A DNA stretch of 64,000 bases from Gaiellaceae bacterium (GCA_036560805.1 DATBQM010000018.1:3494-67493); one strand, 5' to 3'; positions 8,250 to 17,481 are shown, counted from the stretch's first letter. Made by a program: numbers and translations. The notes: generated by a model not told the origin, from the sequence alone.

Positions 8250-9006
8250 TGCCCCATTCCGCCCATGAGCCGTAATAGACGGCGACGTCGGAATGCCCGA
8301 GGAGCTCGGTGAGCGCGAACCACGCCTGCGCGGCGCGGTTGCCGATCGTGCAATAGGTGATCGCGCGCCGGTCGGGAGTGACTCCTGCTTCGGCGAAGAC
8401 GCGGCGCATCTCCTCGAGGTCGCGATACGCACCGTCGTCCGTCCGCAGCGCAGTGATGGGGACGTGCACGGCTCCCGGGACACGACCCGGGCGGCCCTTC
8501 TCCTCCGGCGCGCCGGACGGCCAGAAGCGCTCGCCGTCGTACTCCGGCTGCGAGCGGACATCGACCACGAGCGCGTCGCCCTCGAGCAGGTTGTCGCGCG
8601 AGGCTTCGAGCTCGTTTGCCGCCGGCAATGTGTATGACGCGCGCGCGTGCGCGGGAACCGCGTCGCTCCAGTCCCCCGACCACTGGTCGCGCGGGCCGTC
8701 CATGAAGCGGACGTCGCTATGGCCGCGGCTCCGCAACAACCAGTACCCGAGGTGGGCGCCGTACCCGTAGAAGACGACGGTCGTGTCGTTGGTGATTCCC
8801 GAACGCTCGAGCAGGTCGGCAAGCACGTCGTCGCCGACGAGCGTGTAGTCGGGCCGGCGCATGTGGCCGTACGCGTTCCAGAGCACCGCGCCGGGGATGT
8901 GCCCGTCGTTGTACGCGGCAGGGCTGACGTCGAGCTCGACGATGCGGACCGCGGGATCGCCGAGATGCCCGGCGATCCAGTCGGGAGCGACGCGCGGATC
9001 GCTCAC
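8221..9006 (-). CDS. Two-domain rhodanese (thiosulfate/3-mercaptopyruvate sulfurtransferase)
   Basis: The sequence VSDPRVAPDWIAGHLGDPAVRIVELD and active-site loop YCTIGNRA, ending GSWAEWG. The start is set at GTG 9006, forming a GTGA overlap with the upstream gene's stop. The ORF-track start at 9117 is possible but less likely. The 3' end overlaps tRNA-Tyr on the opposite strand. Confidence 0.8.
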   Translation of the reverse strand: MSDPRVAPDWIAGHLGDPAVRIVELDVSPAAYNDGHIPGAVLWNAYGHMRRPDYTLVGDDVLADLLERSGITNDTTVVFYGYGAHLGYWLLRSRGHSDVRFMDGPRDQWSGDWSDAVPAHARASYTLPAANELEASRDNLLEGDALVVDVRSQPEYDGERFWPSGAPEEKGRPGRVPGAVHVPITALRTDDGAYRDLEEMRRVFAEAGVTPDRRAITYCTIGNRAAQAWFALTELLGHSDVAVYYGSWAEWGMGAGGFEPP

Positions 9007-10466
9007 GAGCCCTGCGTCATCGCGATCGACGTTTCGCCGGAGGTAACGGGGATCTGCGCGAGCAGCTTCCCGACGCGTGTCCACCATGCGGAGGTGATCG
9101 TGCCGGACGCATTCCACTTGACGTGGAAGTCGGTGCCGGCGCGCGGCCGGACGAGCGGTGTCGGCGGCGTCCCGCCGGACGAGGTCTCAAAGGCAGCGCC
9201 GGTCGCGCCCGCGGGGACGGTCATCGGGCCGAGCGACTTGCCGCCGCGGATCCAGTACGCCTTCACGACGGCGCCTGTCGCAGGGGTCATGTCGAGCTCG
9301 AGCTCGTCCGCGCCGAACGGAGCCGAGACCGATCCGAGCGTCTGGCTGCCGAGCGTGAAAGTGATCGCCGGCGTCGTCGACTGGCCGCCGCCTCCGCCCG
9401 TCTGTCCCGCCGCAGCCCACGGAGGCACGGGAGCGCCGAGCGGCGTGATGCAGTCGCGGTACGCCTTCTTGCTCTTCGGCTTCGTCTGCAGATCGAAGAT
9501 CGAGCCGAGCTTGCTCTCGTAGAAGCCTGCCTCCTCCACGGTGTGCGATGTGAGGAAGTCGCACATGTGCTGCACGAACGCGTCATCGTCGAGGCCGAAC
9601 AGCCCCCACTCCGGAATCGCAAACGGGCGGTGGTGGACGAGGGACGCCTTGTAGATGTCCTCGAGCGCGTTCCACGGCGCGGTGTCGACGAGCTTCTCGT
9701 CGAAGATGTCGCCTGCGTCGAGGTCCACGTAGGCGGCGCCCGGGTAGTAGTTCTGCGGCGCGTTGCCGGGAACGCGCGGGAGGCCGCCGGCGAGCGGGTT
9801 CCACACGACGCGCAGCCGAGGGAACGGATTCGATGCAAGGTCGTGCGCGATCGGCGGCTCGCCAAGCGCTTTCAACTTCGCATTGATCGAGGAGGCGGAC
9901 CCGCCGTGGAGGATGAGGTAGAAGCGCGCAAACGCACGGCGATAGTCGGCCGGCGAATGCTGCGGCTTCGGCGTCCCGTTCTTCCGGAAGCCGGAATAGA
10001 GGTTGACGTACTCGTTCATCTCCGCCATCGGGCGGACGTAGATGCCCTTCCCCCATCGCGCGATCGCCTCGTTGAGACCAACGAGGTAGCCGTCTCCCTT
10101 TCCGGCTGCGATCTGCGCCGGCGTGATCGCCTCTTTGTGCGTCCTCGTGTCGGCGGTGCCGATGTGGATCATCGGGATCGGCGTCAGCGTGCCGAGGAAC
10201 CCGACGATGGGCGCGCCGTATGAGAGGCCTTGCCCCCAACCCAGGAACGCCTGGTGCACAGTCGACGCCTGACCCGTCTCGACCTGGAAGTTCGGCACGT
10301 TGCCGGTGATCCCGAGGAGCGGCTTCGCCTGCGCGCTCGAGGCGAACGCAAGCGCAGCCACCGCAACGGCGAGCGAGAGACCCCTACGACCCACGCTCTG
10401 AAGTATCCCGCGCGGAGCGCGGATCTGAAAGTGAATGAGGCCGCCCGGGGGGACGGCCTCACGCAT
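9003..10466 (-). CDS. Secreted glycoside hydrolase family 26-like protein with an extra C-terminal beta-rich domain
   Basis: Signal peptide RRGLSLAVAVAALAFASSAQA. GIYVRPMAEMNEY and RPFAIPEWG resemble the GH26 acid/base and nucleophile segments. A Gly linker (TGGGGGQ) precedes a ~120-aa C-terminal domain. Start taken at ATG 10466. Confidence 0.6.
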   Translation of the reverse strand: MREAVPPGGLIHFQIRAPRGILQSVGRRGLSLAVAVAALAFASSAQAKPLLGITGNVPNFQVETGQASTVHQAFLGWGQGLSYGAPIVGFLGTLTPIPMIHIGTADTRTHKEAITPAQIAAGKGDGYLVGLNEAIARWGKGIYVRPMAEMNEYVNLYSGFRKNGTPKPQHSPADYRRAFARFYLILHGGSASSINAKLKALGEPPIAHDLASNPFPRLRVVWNPLAGGLPRVPGNAPQNYYPGAAYVDLDAGDIFDEKLVDTAPWNALEDIYKASLVHHRPFAIPEWGLFGLDDDAFVQHMCDFLTSHTVEEAGFYESKLGSIFDLQTKPKSKKAYRDCITPLGAPVPPWAAAGQTGGGGGQSTTPAITFTLGSQTLGSVSAPFGADELELDMTPATGAVVKAYWIRGGKSLGPMTVPAGATGAAFETSSGGTPPTPLVRPRAGTDFHVKWNASGTITSAWWTRVGKLLAQIPVTSGETSIAMTQGS

Positions 10467-10663
10467 GACGCCTAGCTCTTCCCCCGTCTCGGGCGAAGGT
10501 CGGCGAAGTCCCAACGAATCATCGCTATCCCTTCCGAGCATCGAGGACCGCAGAACAGACTTGCTCCGACAGTGTTGACGGGAATCAACGGCCGAGCATG
10601 CTCCGAACGGGGGATTCCAACGGAACCCGGACTACTTGGGCGCTGGATACGATCTGCCCGCCA

Positions 10664-10736
10664 GCCCTCTTAGCTCAGTTGGTAGAGCACCTCCATGGTA
10701 AGGAGGGGGTCGACGGTTCGAGTCCGTCAGAGGGCT
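10664..10736 (+). tRNA. tRNA-Thr (anticodon GGT)
   Basis: GCCCTCT-TA-GCTC-AGTTGGTA-GAGC-A-CCTCC-ATGGTAA-GGAGG-GGGTC-GACGG-TTCGAGT-CCGTC-AGAGGGC-T forms a canonical cloverleaf. Confidence 0.9.
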
Positions 10737-10738
10737 TC
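10695..10738 (+). repeat. att copy 1 (inside tRNA-Thr, from the anticodon loop to 2 nt past the 3' end)
   Basis: The 44-nt ATGGTAAGGAGGGGGTCGACGGTTCGAGTCCGTCAGAGGGCTTC is identical to 15439-15482. Confidence 0.85.
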
Positions 10739-11954
10739 ACGAAGTTCCTGCTGATCAGCTCCTTTCGTTGTCGGGTGGGGCGGCGCGAACGAGCCTCGGC
10801 GTCCACCGAGCGTCCACGCGCCGAGGATTTCTGTTGGACGAGACCTCGCATTGCTGTTGCTTAGCGCGTTTGCGCGCCTCCCGGTCGACGTCCACGCAGC
10901 GTCCACCGACCGCTCGAGCGCAAGCGCATCGAGCAGCGAGACGGCATGCACATGACTGTCGCGGGCGAGGTGGCCGTAGTGGCGGTCGATCATCGCGATG
11001 CTCGAGCCGATGAAGCGCGAGACCGCGAACGCCGGCCCGGAGGGCGAAGGTGGCGTACGTGTGGCGCAGGTCGTAGAGCCCACGGATCGGTTCGATGCCG
11101 ACGGCGATCTGTGCGGGCCGCCAGTGGCGCCGGCCGAAGACGCGGAAGTCGATCCGGCCACCGCGTGCGTTCGGGAACAGGATCGGGTTGACCGAGGCCG
11201 GCAGCCGGTCGAGCGCCTCAACCGCCTTCGCCTGCAGCGGAACCGCGCGTGTGCTCAGCCGGGTCTTGGTGTGCTTGATCCGGCCGTTGGCGAACGCGCG
11301 CCGCACGTAGACGACGCCGGCCTCGCGGTCGACGTCGTGCTGCTCGAGCCCGAACAGCTCTGAGGGCCGCAGCCCGGTCGCGGCCGCGAAGACGACCATC
11401 GGTCCGTACACGGAGCCGAGTCGTGCGGCGACAGCCTCGATCTGCGCCCACGACTCGAACGGCCGCTTCTCCTTCGGTCGCCGCTGCGGGTTCGGAACAC
11501 CCCGCTTCGCCGGGTTGAAGTCGAGCAGTCCCCAGGCAACCGCCCGATTGAGGACCTGGCGGAGCGCCTGCGTCGCCTCGAAGCGATGCCCCTCCGGAAG
11601 GGTCGACCGCCACGCATAGACCTCCCTCGGCGACAGATCCGCGATCGGCTTGTCGCCAAGGCTGATAGTCGCTTTCCGGAGCAGCCAGCGGAGCTTCTCA
11701 ATCGTCACAGGCTCTGCCTGATGCAGCTCCAGGTACTCCTCGATGAGCTCGGCGAGCGTGATCGCGCCCCCTCGTCCGGGACCGACGCGATCGAGCGCTT
11801 TCTGCAGCGCCTTCTGCGCTTCCATCCGGCTCGCGAACCCGCCTACCTGGGGCCGCATCGACGCCCGTCCGTCCATGCGATACCGGTACGCCCACAGCGG
11901 CTGGCCGCCGGCGGCCTTCGTCTTCAACTTGAACACCTGACCTTGCTGGATCAT
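10727..11954 (-). pseudogene. int: Tyrosine recombinase (phage-type integrase), reading frame broken near 11026-11033
   Basis: Frame 1 (ATG 11954) gives MIQQGQVFKLKTK...WAYRYRMDG...LRPSELFGLEQHDVD...YDLRHTYATFALRAG and then nonsense. The expected continuation, FAVSRFIGSSIAMIDRHYGHLARD with the catalytic Tyr, lies in another frame (ORF 10727..11221). The gene abuts tRNA-Thr. Confidence 0.75.
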
Positions 11955-12121
11955 CACGAGCCTCCTCGATCGAGAGCGGAATCGAGGAATCTGGCGCAGA
12001 CCACCTCTCAACTCGAGAGGTGGTCGAGGGTTCGGTTACGACGACGGGCGATCGGAGATGTCGCGCTGGGCAAAGGAACCGCGCTGCGCCATCGATCGAG
12101 TGGCCTGGACATGCTGATAGC

Positions 12122-12148
12122 TAACTGTTATCTTATGGCTAACGGTTA
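12122..12148. promoter_or_regulatory. Two 9-bp palindromes, TAACTGTTA (12122-12130) and TAACGGTTA (12140-12148); candidate PadR operator
   Basis: They lie in the only AT-rich patch upstream of padR. The second palindrome overlaps the annotated ATG. Confidence 0.3.
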
Positions 12149-12723
12149 TGCGTGAACCCACTCTTTCGCTGAAGCAGGAGCTGCAGCCCGGTTATCAGCT
12201 GCGGGTTGTTCAGGAGGTGCTTTTGGCTCTGCTGGCGGCCGAGGCTTCGTACGGCTACCAGTTGCGGGGTCGGCTTCAGTTGGCGCTCGGTCCGCTAGCG
12301 GATGCCCTGAACGCAGGGCAGGTGTACGTCACGTTGGGCCGGCTGGAGAAGGCGGGGCTGATCGAGTCGGAGCGTGTGGGGCAGTCCGATCGGCCCGACC
12401 GGAAGGTATTCCGGCTCACCGCTTCTGGGCGTGAGCGTCTCGGCGAGTGGCTGGAGGACACGAGTTGGCCGAAGCCTGCGCCGGCGGAGTTCCATTTGAA
12501 GCTGGTGGCTGCCGCCGCGGCAGGTCTTGCGGATCCGGTGCGTCTAGTGGACGCGCAGCGCCATGCGCTCTTCGACTCGCTGGCGTCGGCGCAGCGGGCG
12601 GCGATGGCCGAACCCGCCGACTCGGTTCCCGGCCTGCTGCTGGAGGGAGTCGTTTTGCGCTTGCAGGCGGACCTGCGTTGGCTCGAGGCGTGTGCCCGCT
12701 ATTGGAGCGGGGTGAGGCGATGA
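12148..12723 (+). CDS. PadR family transcriptional regulator
   Basis: LLALLAAEASYGYQLRGRL...GQVYVTLGRLEKAGLIESERV...RKVFRLTASGRERLGEWL fits the PadR winged helix, with a C-terminal dimerisation helix region. Confidence 0.85.
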   Translation: MREPTLSLKQELQPGYQLRVVQEVLLALLAAEASYGYQLRGRLQLALGPLADALNAGQVYVTLGRLEKAGLIESERVGQSDRPDRKVFRLTASGRERLGEWLEDTSWPKPAPAEFHLKLVAAAAAGLADPVRLVDAQRHALFDSLASAQRAAMAEPADSVPGLLLEGVVLRLQADLRWLEACARYWSGVRR

Positions 12724-13466
12724 GCGGCGCGACTGTCGGTTCGATCCTTCGCTGCCGCTCGCTTTCGCGCGAGTACGGCGCGGGCGATGCGACCGTGCAC
12801 GCCGTCTGCGATGTCGACCTCGACGTTCCCGTTGGTGAGACGCTGGCGGTGATGGGGCCGAGCGGCTGTGGCAAGTCGACGCTGCTGCATCTGCTTGGCG
12901 GACTTGAGCGGCCCTCGGGAGGCGAGATCTGGTTTGCTGGCGACCGTATCGACCAGCTCAGCGAGAAGGCGCTCGCGCGTCTGCGGCGCCGCTCGGTCGG
13001 GTTTGTCTTTCAGGCGTTCCATTTGCTCGAGGAGCTAACGGCCCGGGAGAACGTCGAGCTGCCGGTGCTGCTAAGCGGGTCCTCAGCCGCAGCGGCACGC
13101 CGCCGCGCCGAGGCGCTGCTGGAACAGATGGGGCTTTCCGACCGTCGTGACCATCTCCCGTCAGAGCTCTCCGGCGGTCAGCAGCAGCGGGTCGCGCTTG
13201 CGCGCGCACTTGCGAACGAGCCGCAGGTCGTGCTCGCAGACGAGCCGACCGGCAACCTCGACAGCGCCGCGACGGTGGAGGTGTTGCGTGTGCTCGACGA
13301 GTTGCGCACCGCCGGTCAGACGGTCGTAATCGTCACGCATGACGAGCGCGTCGCCGCAACCGCAGACAGGCTGGTCACGATGCGCGACGGCGTGTTCGTC
13401 GAAGAGACGAAGTTGACGCACGGTACGCCCGACCGCCTTCGCGAGCTGACGACGTTCACGGACTGA
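12720..13466 (+). CDS. ABC transporter ATP-binding protein (MacB/LolD-type)
   Basis: Walker A GPSGCGKST, Q-loop, signature LSGGQQQRVALARAL, and Walker [17 protein letters not shown] overlap with padR. Confidence 0.9.
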   Translation: MSGATVGSILRCRSLSREYGAGDATVHAVCDVDLDVPVGETLAVMGPSGCGKSTLLHLLGGLERPSGGEIWFAGDRIDQLSEKALARLRRRSVGFVFQAFHLLEELTARENVELPVLLSGSSAAAARRRAEALLEQMGLSDRRDHLPSELSGGQQQRVALARALANEPQVVLADEPTGNLDSAATVEVLRVLDELRTAGQTVVIVTHDERVAATADRLVTMRDGVFVEETKLTHGTPDRLRELTTFTD

Positions 13467-13470
13467 CGGG

Positions 13471-15276
13471 ATGCGTCGGCTGCATCTGATCGGTCGGCTT
13501 GCTGCCCGCGATGCGCGGCGGCATCCCGCACAGTCCGTGCTCCTGCTCGTCGTGATGACGGCTTCGATGGCGATCCTCGCGCTCGGGCTCATGCTGCACG
13601 GACTGACAAACCAGCCCTACCAGCAAACGAGAACCGCAACGGCGGGCCCCGACATTGTCTTGAGCTTCCTGAACGGGCCTCACGATGCCGGTCTGCGTGT
13701 CGAACACGCCGAGTTCCTGCACACGTTTCATGTTCGGGGCGTCATCAGCCATGGCGGCCCGTACCCGGTCTCGTGGCCTGTTCTGCGATCCGGCGGACTG
13801 AGAGCCGGCGTGATGGCCGAGGGTCGGGATCCGACCGCAGCCATGATCGACCAGCCGAAGCTGACTGCCGGGACCTGGATACGGCCAGGGGGAGTCGTCG
13901 TCGAGCGAACCTTCGCCGAGGCGCTCAACCTCGCTGTCGGCGACGAGATCACGCTCAATCACCGGTCGTTTCACGTCGACGGCATCGCCGTTACGGCCGC
14001 AGACGCCGCATACCCGAACGCGGACTTCGCCACCTTTGGCGGACCATTCGCGCACCCCGGGCTGATCTGGGTCACACGCACCACAGCGCAAAGCTTCGCG
14101 ACGCGGCCGATGCCGCTGTCCTACCTCGCGTATCTGAAGCTCGCCCACCCGGGAAACGCTTCAGCATTCAAAAGCGCGCACACATCGACTGATAAGGGAG
14201 CGCCCGGCGTTTGGACGTGGCAGGACATCGACACCGTCGATGGCCGCTTGATCCGCAACGAGCGACTCGCGCTGCTGGTCGGAAGCTGGCTCCTCGCGCT
14301 TCTTGCTGTCGCGAGTGTCGCCGTGCTCGTCGCCGGTCGCCTCGCCGACCAGACCCGCCGAGTTGGCATCCTCAAAGCCATCGGAGGAACACCCCGGCTG
14401 ATCGCGGTCGTGCTCCTTGCCGAGCATCTCGGACTCGCGTTGATCGGCGCCGCCGCCGGACTCGCCGTCGGCTGGTCGACCGCTCCGCTCCTCGGAACCG
14501 CAGGCGCCGCCTTGATCGGAACCGCCAGCACGCCCACGATCTCCGTCAGCGACGTCGCGATCGTGATCGCGGTCGCACTGCTAGTCGCGCTCGCAGCCAC
14601 GCTCGTCCCCGCGATCCGCTCAGCCCGGACCAGCACCGTCGACGCTCTCGCCGACTCGAGCCGTCGGCCGAAACGCCGCCCGATCCTCCTCGCCATCTCC
14701 CGAAGGCTGCCGGTAACCATGCTGCTCGGTCTTCGCCTCGTCGCCCGCCGTCCACGTCGCGCCCTACTCAGCGCGACCAGCGTGCTGATCACGACCACGA
14801 CACTCGTGGCCGCCCTCACCGTCAAGGCGCACCAACCCCAACAACTCAACCCAGGCCTCTCTTCACTGCCCGACCCCCGCACCGCCGCCATCAACGAAGT
14901 ACTCGGCGCCATCACCCTCGTCCTCGTGATACTCGCCGCCATCAACGCCGTCTTCATCGCGTCGACAACCGCAGCCGACGCACGCCGCGCACTTGCGATC
15001 GCGCGCGCGCTCGGCGCAACCCGAAGCCAGATCAGCGCCAGCATCATCGCCGCTGAACTCCTCCCCGCGCTGCCAGCCAGCATCCTCGGAATCCCAGCCG
15101 GCATCGCACTCGTTCACGCAGTCGGCCACGGCACCAGACAAACCACCCCACCAACACTCTGGCTCCTTGGCGCCGTCGCCTGCACGCTCATCGCCATCGC
15201 GGTCCTCACCCTCATCCCCGCCCGCCTCAGCGCACGCCGACCAATCGCCGGCGTCCTCCAAGCAGAACTCGCCTAA
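13471..15276 (+). CDS. ABC transporter permease, double FtsX-domain type
   Basis: 601 aa. N-terminal TM helix, a large extracytoplasmic domain, and two blocks of FtsX-like helices (GILKAIGGTPRLI..., ARALGATRSQI...). Confidence 0.85.
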   Translation: MRRLHLIGRLAARDARRHPAQSVLLLVVMTASMAILALGLMLHGLTNQPYQQTRTATAGPDIVLSFLNGPHDAGLRVEHAEFLHTFHVRGVISHGGPYPVSWPVLRSGGLRAGVMAEGRDPTAAMIDQPKLTAGTWIRPGGVVVERTFAEALNLAVGDEITLNHRSFHVDGIAVTAADAAYPNADFATFGGPFAHPGLIWVTRTTAQSFATRPMPLSYLAYLKLAHPGNASAFKSAHTSTDKGAPGVWTWQDIDTVDGRLIRNERLALLVGSWLLALLAVASVAVLVAGRLADQTRRVGILKAIGGTPRLIAVVLLAEHLGLALIGAAAGLAVGWSTAPLLGTAGAALIGTASTPTISVSDVAIVIAVALLVALAATLVPAIRSARTSTVDALADSSRRPKRRPILLAISRRLPVTMLLGLRLVARRPRRALLSATSVLITTTTLVAALTVKAHQPQQLNPGLSSLPDPRTAAINEVLGAITLVLVILAAINAVFIASTTAADARRALAIARALGATRSQISASIIAAELLPALPASILGIPAGIALVHAVGHGTRQTTPPTLWLLGAVACTLIAIAVLTLIPARLSARRPIAGVLQAELA

Positions 15277-15438
15277 CGGCTCGTTCTCCCAATCGAACGG
15301 CATCCATTCGGATGGAGCATTTATGGAGCAGAGCGGACGCAACTGAGGGTGACGGACCGCGAATCGGGCCGGCGTGAAAACGGCTCAAACAAGCCGAATC
15401 CGTTGCCGTCGGCTGCGCTTAGTTGCGCGCACAACGAA

Positions 15439-15482
15439 ATGGTAAGGAGGGGGTCGACGGTTCGAGTCCGTCAGAGGGCTTC
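15439..15482 (+). repeat. att copy 2 (tRNA-Thr 3' half, 44/44 identical to copy 1)
   Basis: Direct sequence identity to 10695-10738. There is no 5' acceptor or D arm, so it is not a tRNA gene. Confidence 0.85.
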
Positions 15483-15483
15483 G

Positions 15484-15510
15484 AAAAGCCCCGCATAGCG
15501 GGGCTTTTTT
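15484..15510 (+). terminator. Intrinsic terminator immediately after att copy 2
   Basis: AAAAGCCCCGC-ATA-GCGGGGCTTTTTT: a GC stem plus a T6 tract. It looks like the original tRNA-Thr terminator displaced by the insertion. Confidence 0.6.
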
Positions 15511-15663
15511 CTTGGCACGATTTGCAGAGTTCGCTGAATGCTCAGTTATGGAGCACTTCATGGAGCTCTCAGCTTTCGGCCGCCCCGAGATCGTCTCCGA
15601 CAAGTCCGAGTCCGTCAGAGATCTTCGGAATGGCCCGCGAGACCGATCGGCTGAGTCTAGGAG

Positions 15664-15690
15664 GAGAGGCTCCGCATCGCGGAGCCTCTC
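15664..15690 (-). terminator. Perfect 12-bp stem hairpin 13 nt downstream of the Gly-rich/HYR gene stop
   Basis: GAGAGGCTCCGC-ATC-GCGGAGCCTCTC. There is no U tract, which is common in high-GC genomes. Confidence 0.45.
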
Positions 15691-15702
15691 CGTGGTGATT
15701 GG

Positions 15703-17361
15703 TCAGCCGATCGTGGCGATGACCTGCCGAGCCGCGGCGATGAGCTGTGCCGCTTGTGCTGGCGGGATCTTCTTACCGGATTGCGCCTGTACCTCGTTGA
15801 TGAAGGCGTTGAGTACGCCCTTGAGGTCGGCGATGTCGCCGGCCGCGAGGTAGGTCTCGGCCTGCTGGATCTTCGCGGGCAGGCTGTTACCCGGGCCGAC
15901 GCCGGCGACGGCGGCTGCGAGCTGCTGCAGCTGGCCCGCGGCCCCTACGACTGTCACCGTGAACGTCGTCGATACTGGGCTGTTCGAGTCGTCGCTGTCG
16001 GACACCGTGCACGTGATTGTCGTCGTCCCGATCGCGAAGGTCGAGCCGGACGGCGTGTCGCACGTCACCGGCGGCAGCGGCGAATCCTCATCCGCCGCGG
16101 TCGGAGGCGTGTAGTTCACGACTGCGCCGGCGGGGCTCGTCGCGTTCGCCGTCACGTTTGCCGGCGTGCCCGTGAGCGCCAGGTCGGAGTCGGTCACCGT
16201 GACGGTGAACGACGCCGAGACGGGACTGTTCGAGTCGTTGCTCTCAGACGCCGTGCAGGTCACCGTCGTTGTCCCGACCGGGAACGTCGAGCCGGAGGGC
16301 GGGTCGCACGAGACCGTCGGCAGCGGCGAGTCCTCGTCGACGACCGTCGGCGGGGCATACGTGACGACTGCGCCGGCCGAGCTCGTTGCTGCGGTCGTGA
16401 CGTCTGCCGGCACGTTGGTCAGCGCGAGGTCGGAATCGTCGGCCCACATGATGGTGACCGACGGGGAAGCGTACGAGGTTGCCGCGGTACCGCCGGCCGG
16501 CACGAGGTCGGAGCCGCCGCCACCGCCGCCGCCGGAGAGGTTGCAGCCTACACCGCCGCCACCACCGCCGAACAAACCGCCGCCGCCGCCGCCGCCGCCC
16601 GTGCTATTACCCGCGGTGCCATCGCCGCCGACGCCGCCGGTGTCGAGCGCTCCGGGGCTGCCTGTGGTGCCCATGCAGCCGAATACCGGAAGCGGGGGCG
16701 AGGAGCCACCTCCGCCGGGGTTGTTCTGCTCACCGCCGCCACCACCGCCGCCCGCGGTACAGAACGTCGATCCGCCACACGAGTCGGTGACGCCGTTCTG
16801 GCCCGACGGTTCACCGGCGCTGCCGCCGTCGTGCATGGATCGGGTGAAATTGCCGCCGCCGCCGCCGCCGCCGGCCACGATCAGCCGCGAGGCAAGCGTC
16901 CCGCCTGCGGTCCGCGTGATGGTGCGCACGTCAGTTGCCCCGCCTCCCGCGCCGGCGCAAAAGAAGAACGGCTCCGACAAGCTGCAACCCCCGCCGCCGC
17001 CACCGTTGAAGCTCCCCGAGCTGCTGCTATTGCCGCCGTTGGCGCCGACCTCGATGTACAGCGTCTGGCCGGGGCTAACCGACAGGTCGGCGCTCACCTG
17101 ACCACCCGCGCCACCCGCAGGCAAGCTGAAAGCGGCATCCGGCTCGCCGCCGCTGCCTCCCTGCGCGACGATGTGAACGGACGTGACCCCCGGCGGCACA
17201 GTGAACACCTGCTCCGCCCCCGTGCTGTTGAACGTCACCGTCGTTGTCCCCGCCGCAGCCGTAAGCGGCACCGCCAACAGCAGCGCCCCCGCAAACACAG
17301 CGCCAACCAATGCGCGCCCAGCCGAACGCCCCACCGTCCAGCACCTGGAGTGCCCAAACAT
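15703..17361 (-). CDS. Secreted glycine-rich-domain protein with two HYR (hyalin-repeat) domains and a helical C-terminal module
   Basis: Start at ATG 17361 (or 17382). The ORF-track start at 17652 reads through att copy 3. Signal peptide GAVFAGALLLAVPLTAAAG. Then FTVPPGVTSVHIVAQGGSGG...VSPGQTLYIEVGANGG...GGGATDVRT...RLIVAGGGGGGG, the bacterial Gly-rich (ALK/LTK-GRD-like) family pattern. Next come 2x ...VSCDPPSGSTFPVGTTTVTCTA... (HYR). The C-terminus is LNAFINEVQAQSGKKIPPAQAAQLIAAA. Confidence 0.8.
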   Translation of the reverse strand: MFGHSRCWTVGRSAGRALVGAVFAGALLLAVPLTAAAGTTTVTFNSTGAEQVFTVPPGVTSVHIVAQGGSGGEPDAAFSLPAGGAGGQVSADLSVSPGQTLYIEVGANGGNSSSSGSFNGGGGGGCSLSEPFFFCAGAGGGATDVRTITRTAGGTLASRLIVAGGGGGGGNFTRSMHDGGSAGEPSGQNGVTDSCGGSTFCTAGGGGGGGEQNNPGGGGSSPPLPVFGCMGTTGSPGALDTGGVGGDGTAGNSTGGGGGGGGLFGGGGGGVGCNLSGGGGGGGSDLVPAGGTAATSYASPSVTIMWADDSDLALTNVPADVTTAATSSAGAVVTYAPPTVVDEDSPLPTVSCDPPSGSTFPVGTTTVTCTASESNDSNSPVSASFTVTVTDSDLALTGTPANVTANATSPAGAVVNYTPPTAADEDSPLPPVTCDTPSGSTFAIGTTTITCTVSDSDDSNSPVSTTFTVTVVGAAGQLQQLAAAVAGVGPGNSLPAKIQQAETYLAAGDIADLKGVLNAFINEVQAQSGKKIPPAQAAQLIAAARQVIATIG

Positions 17362-17481
17362 CGCCTCGACCTCCCCGGTCATAGAGAAACCCCGCCCTCT
17401 ATCGGCGTACGATAGAACGCCGAACACCCCCGAATCAATGACCATTCGTTGCACAGCGGAAGACAACCTGTAACGGCTCGG

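Larger units (their letters stand above)
10695..15482. mobile_element. Integrated genomic island A at tRNA-Thr (integrase pseudogene, PadR, ABC ATPase, FtsX permease)
   Basis: Bounded by perfect 44-nt direct repeats of the tRNA 3' half. The integrase sits next to the tRNA. An AT-richer patch lies at 12110-12150. Confidence 0.65.

Noticed and set aside
10727-12011. Treating ORFs 10755..12011 and 10727..11221 as two separate genes.
   Set aside because: Together they reconstitute one tyrosine recombinase (N-terminal and core domains in one frame, catalytic-Tyr segment in the other). They are therefore called as a single frameshifted gene.
15385-15698. Small ORFs 15385..15603(-), 15423..15698(+) and 15512..15853(+) between island A and the Gly-rich gene.
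   Set aside because: They read through the tRNA fragment and terminator (for example ..SPLTDSNRRPPPY is the translated tRNA T-arm). They have no coding features.
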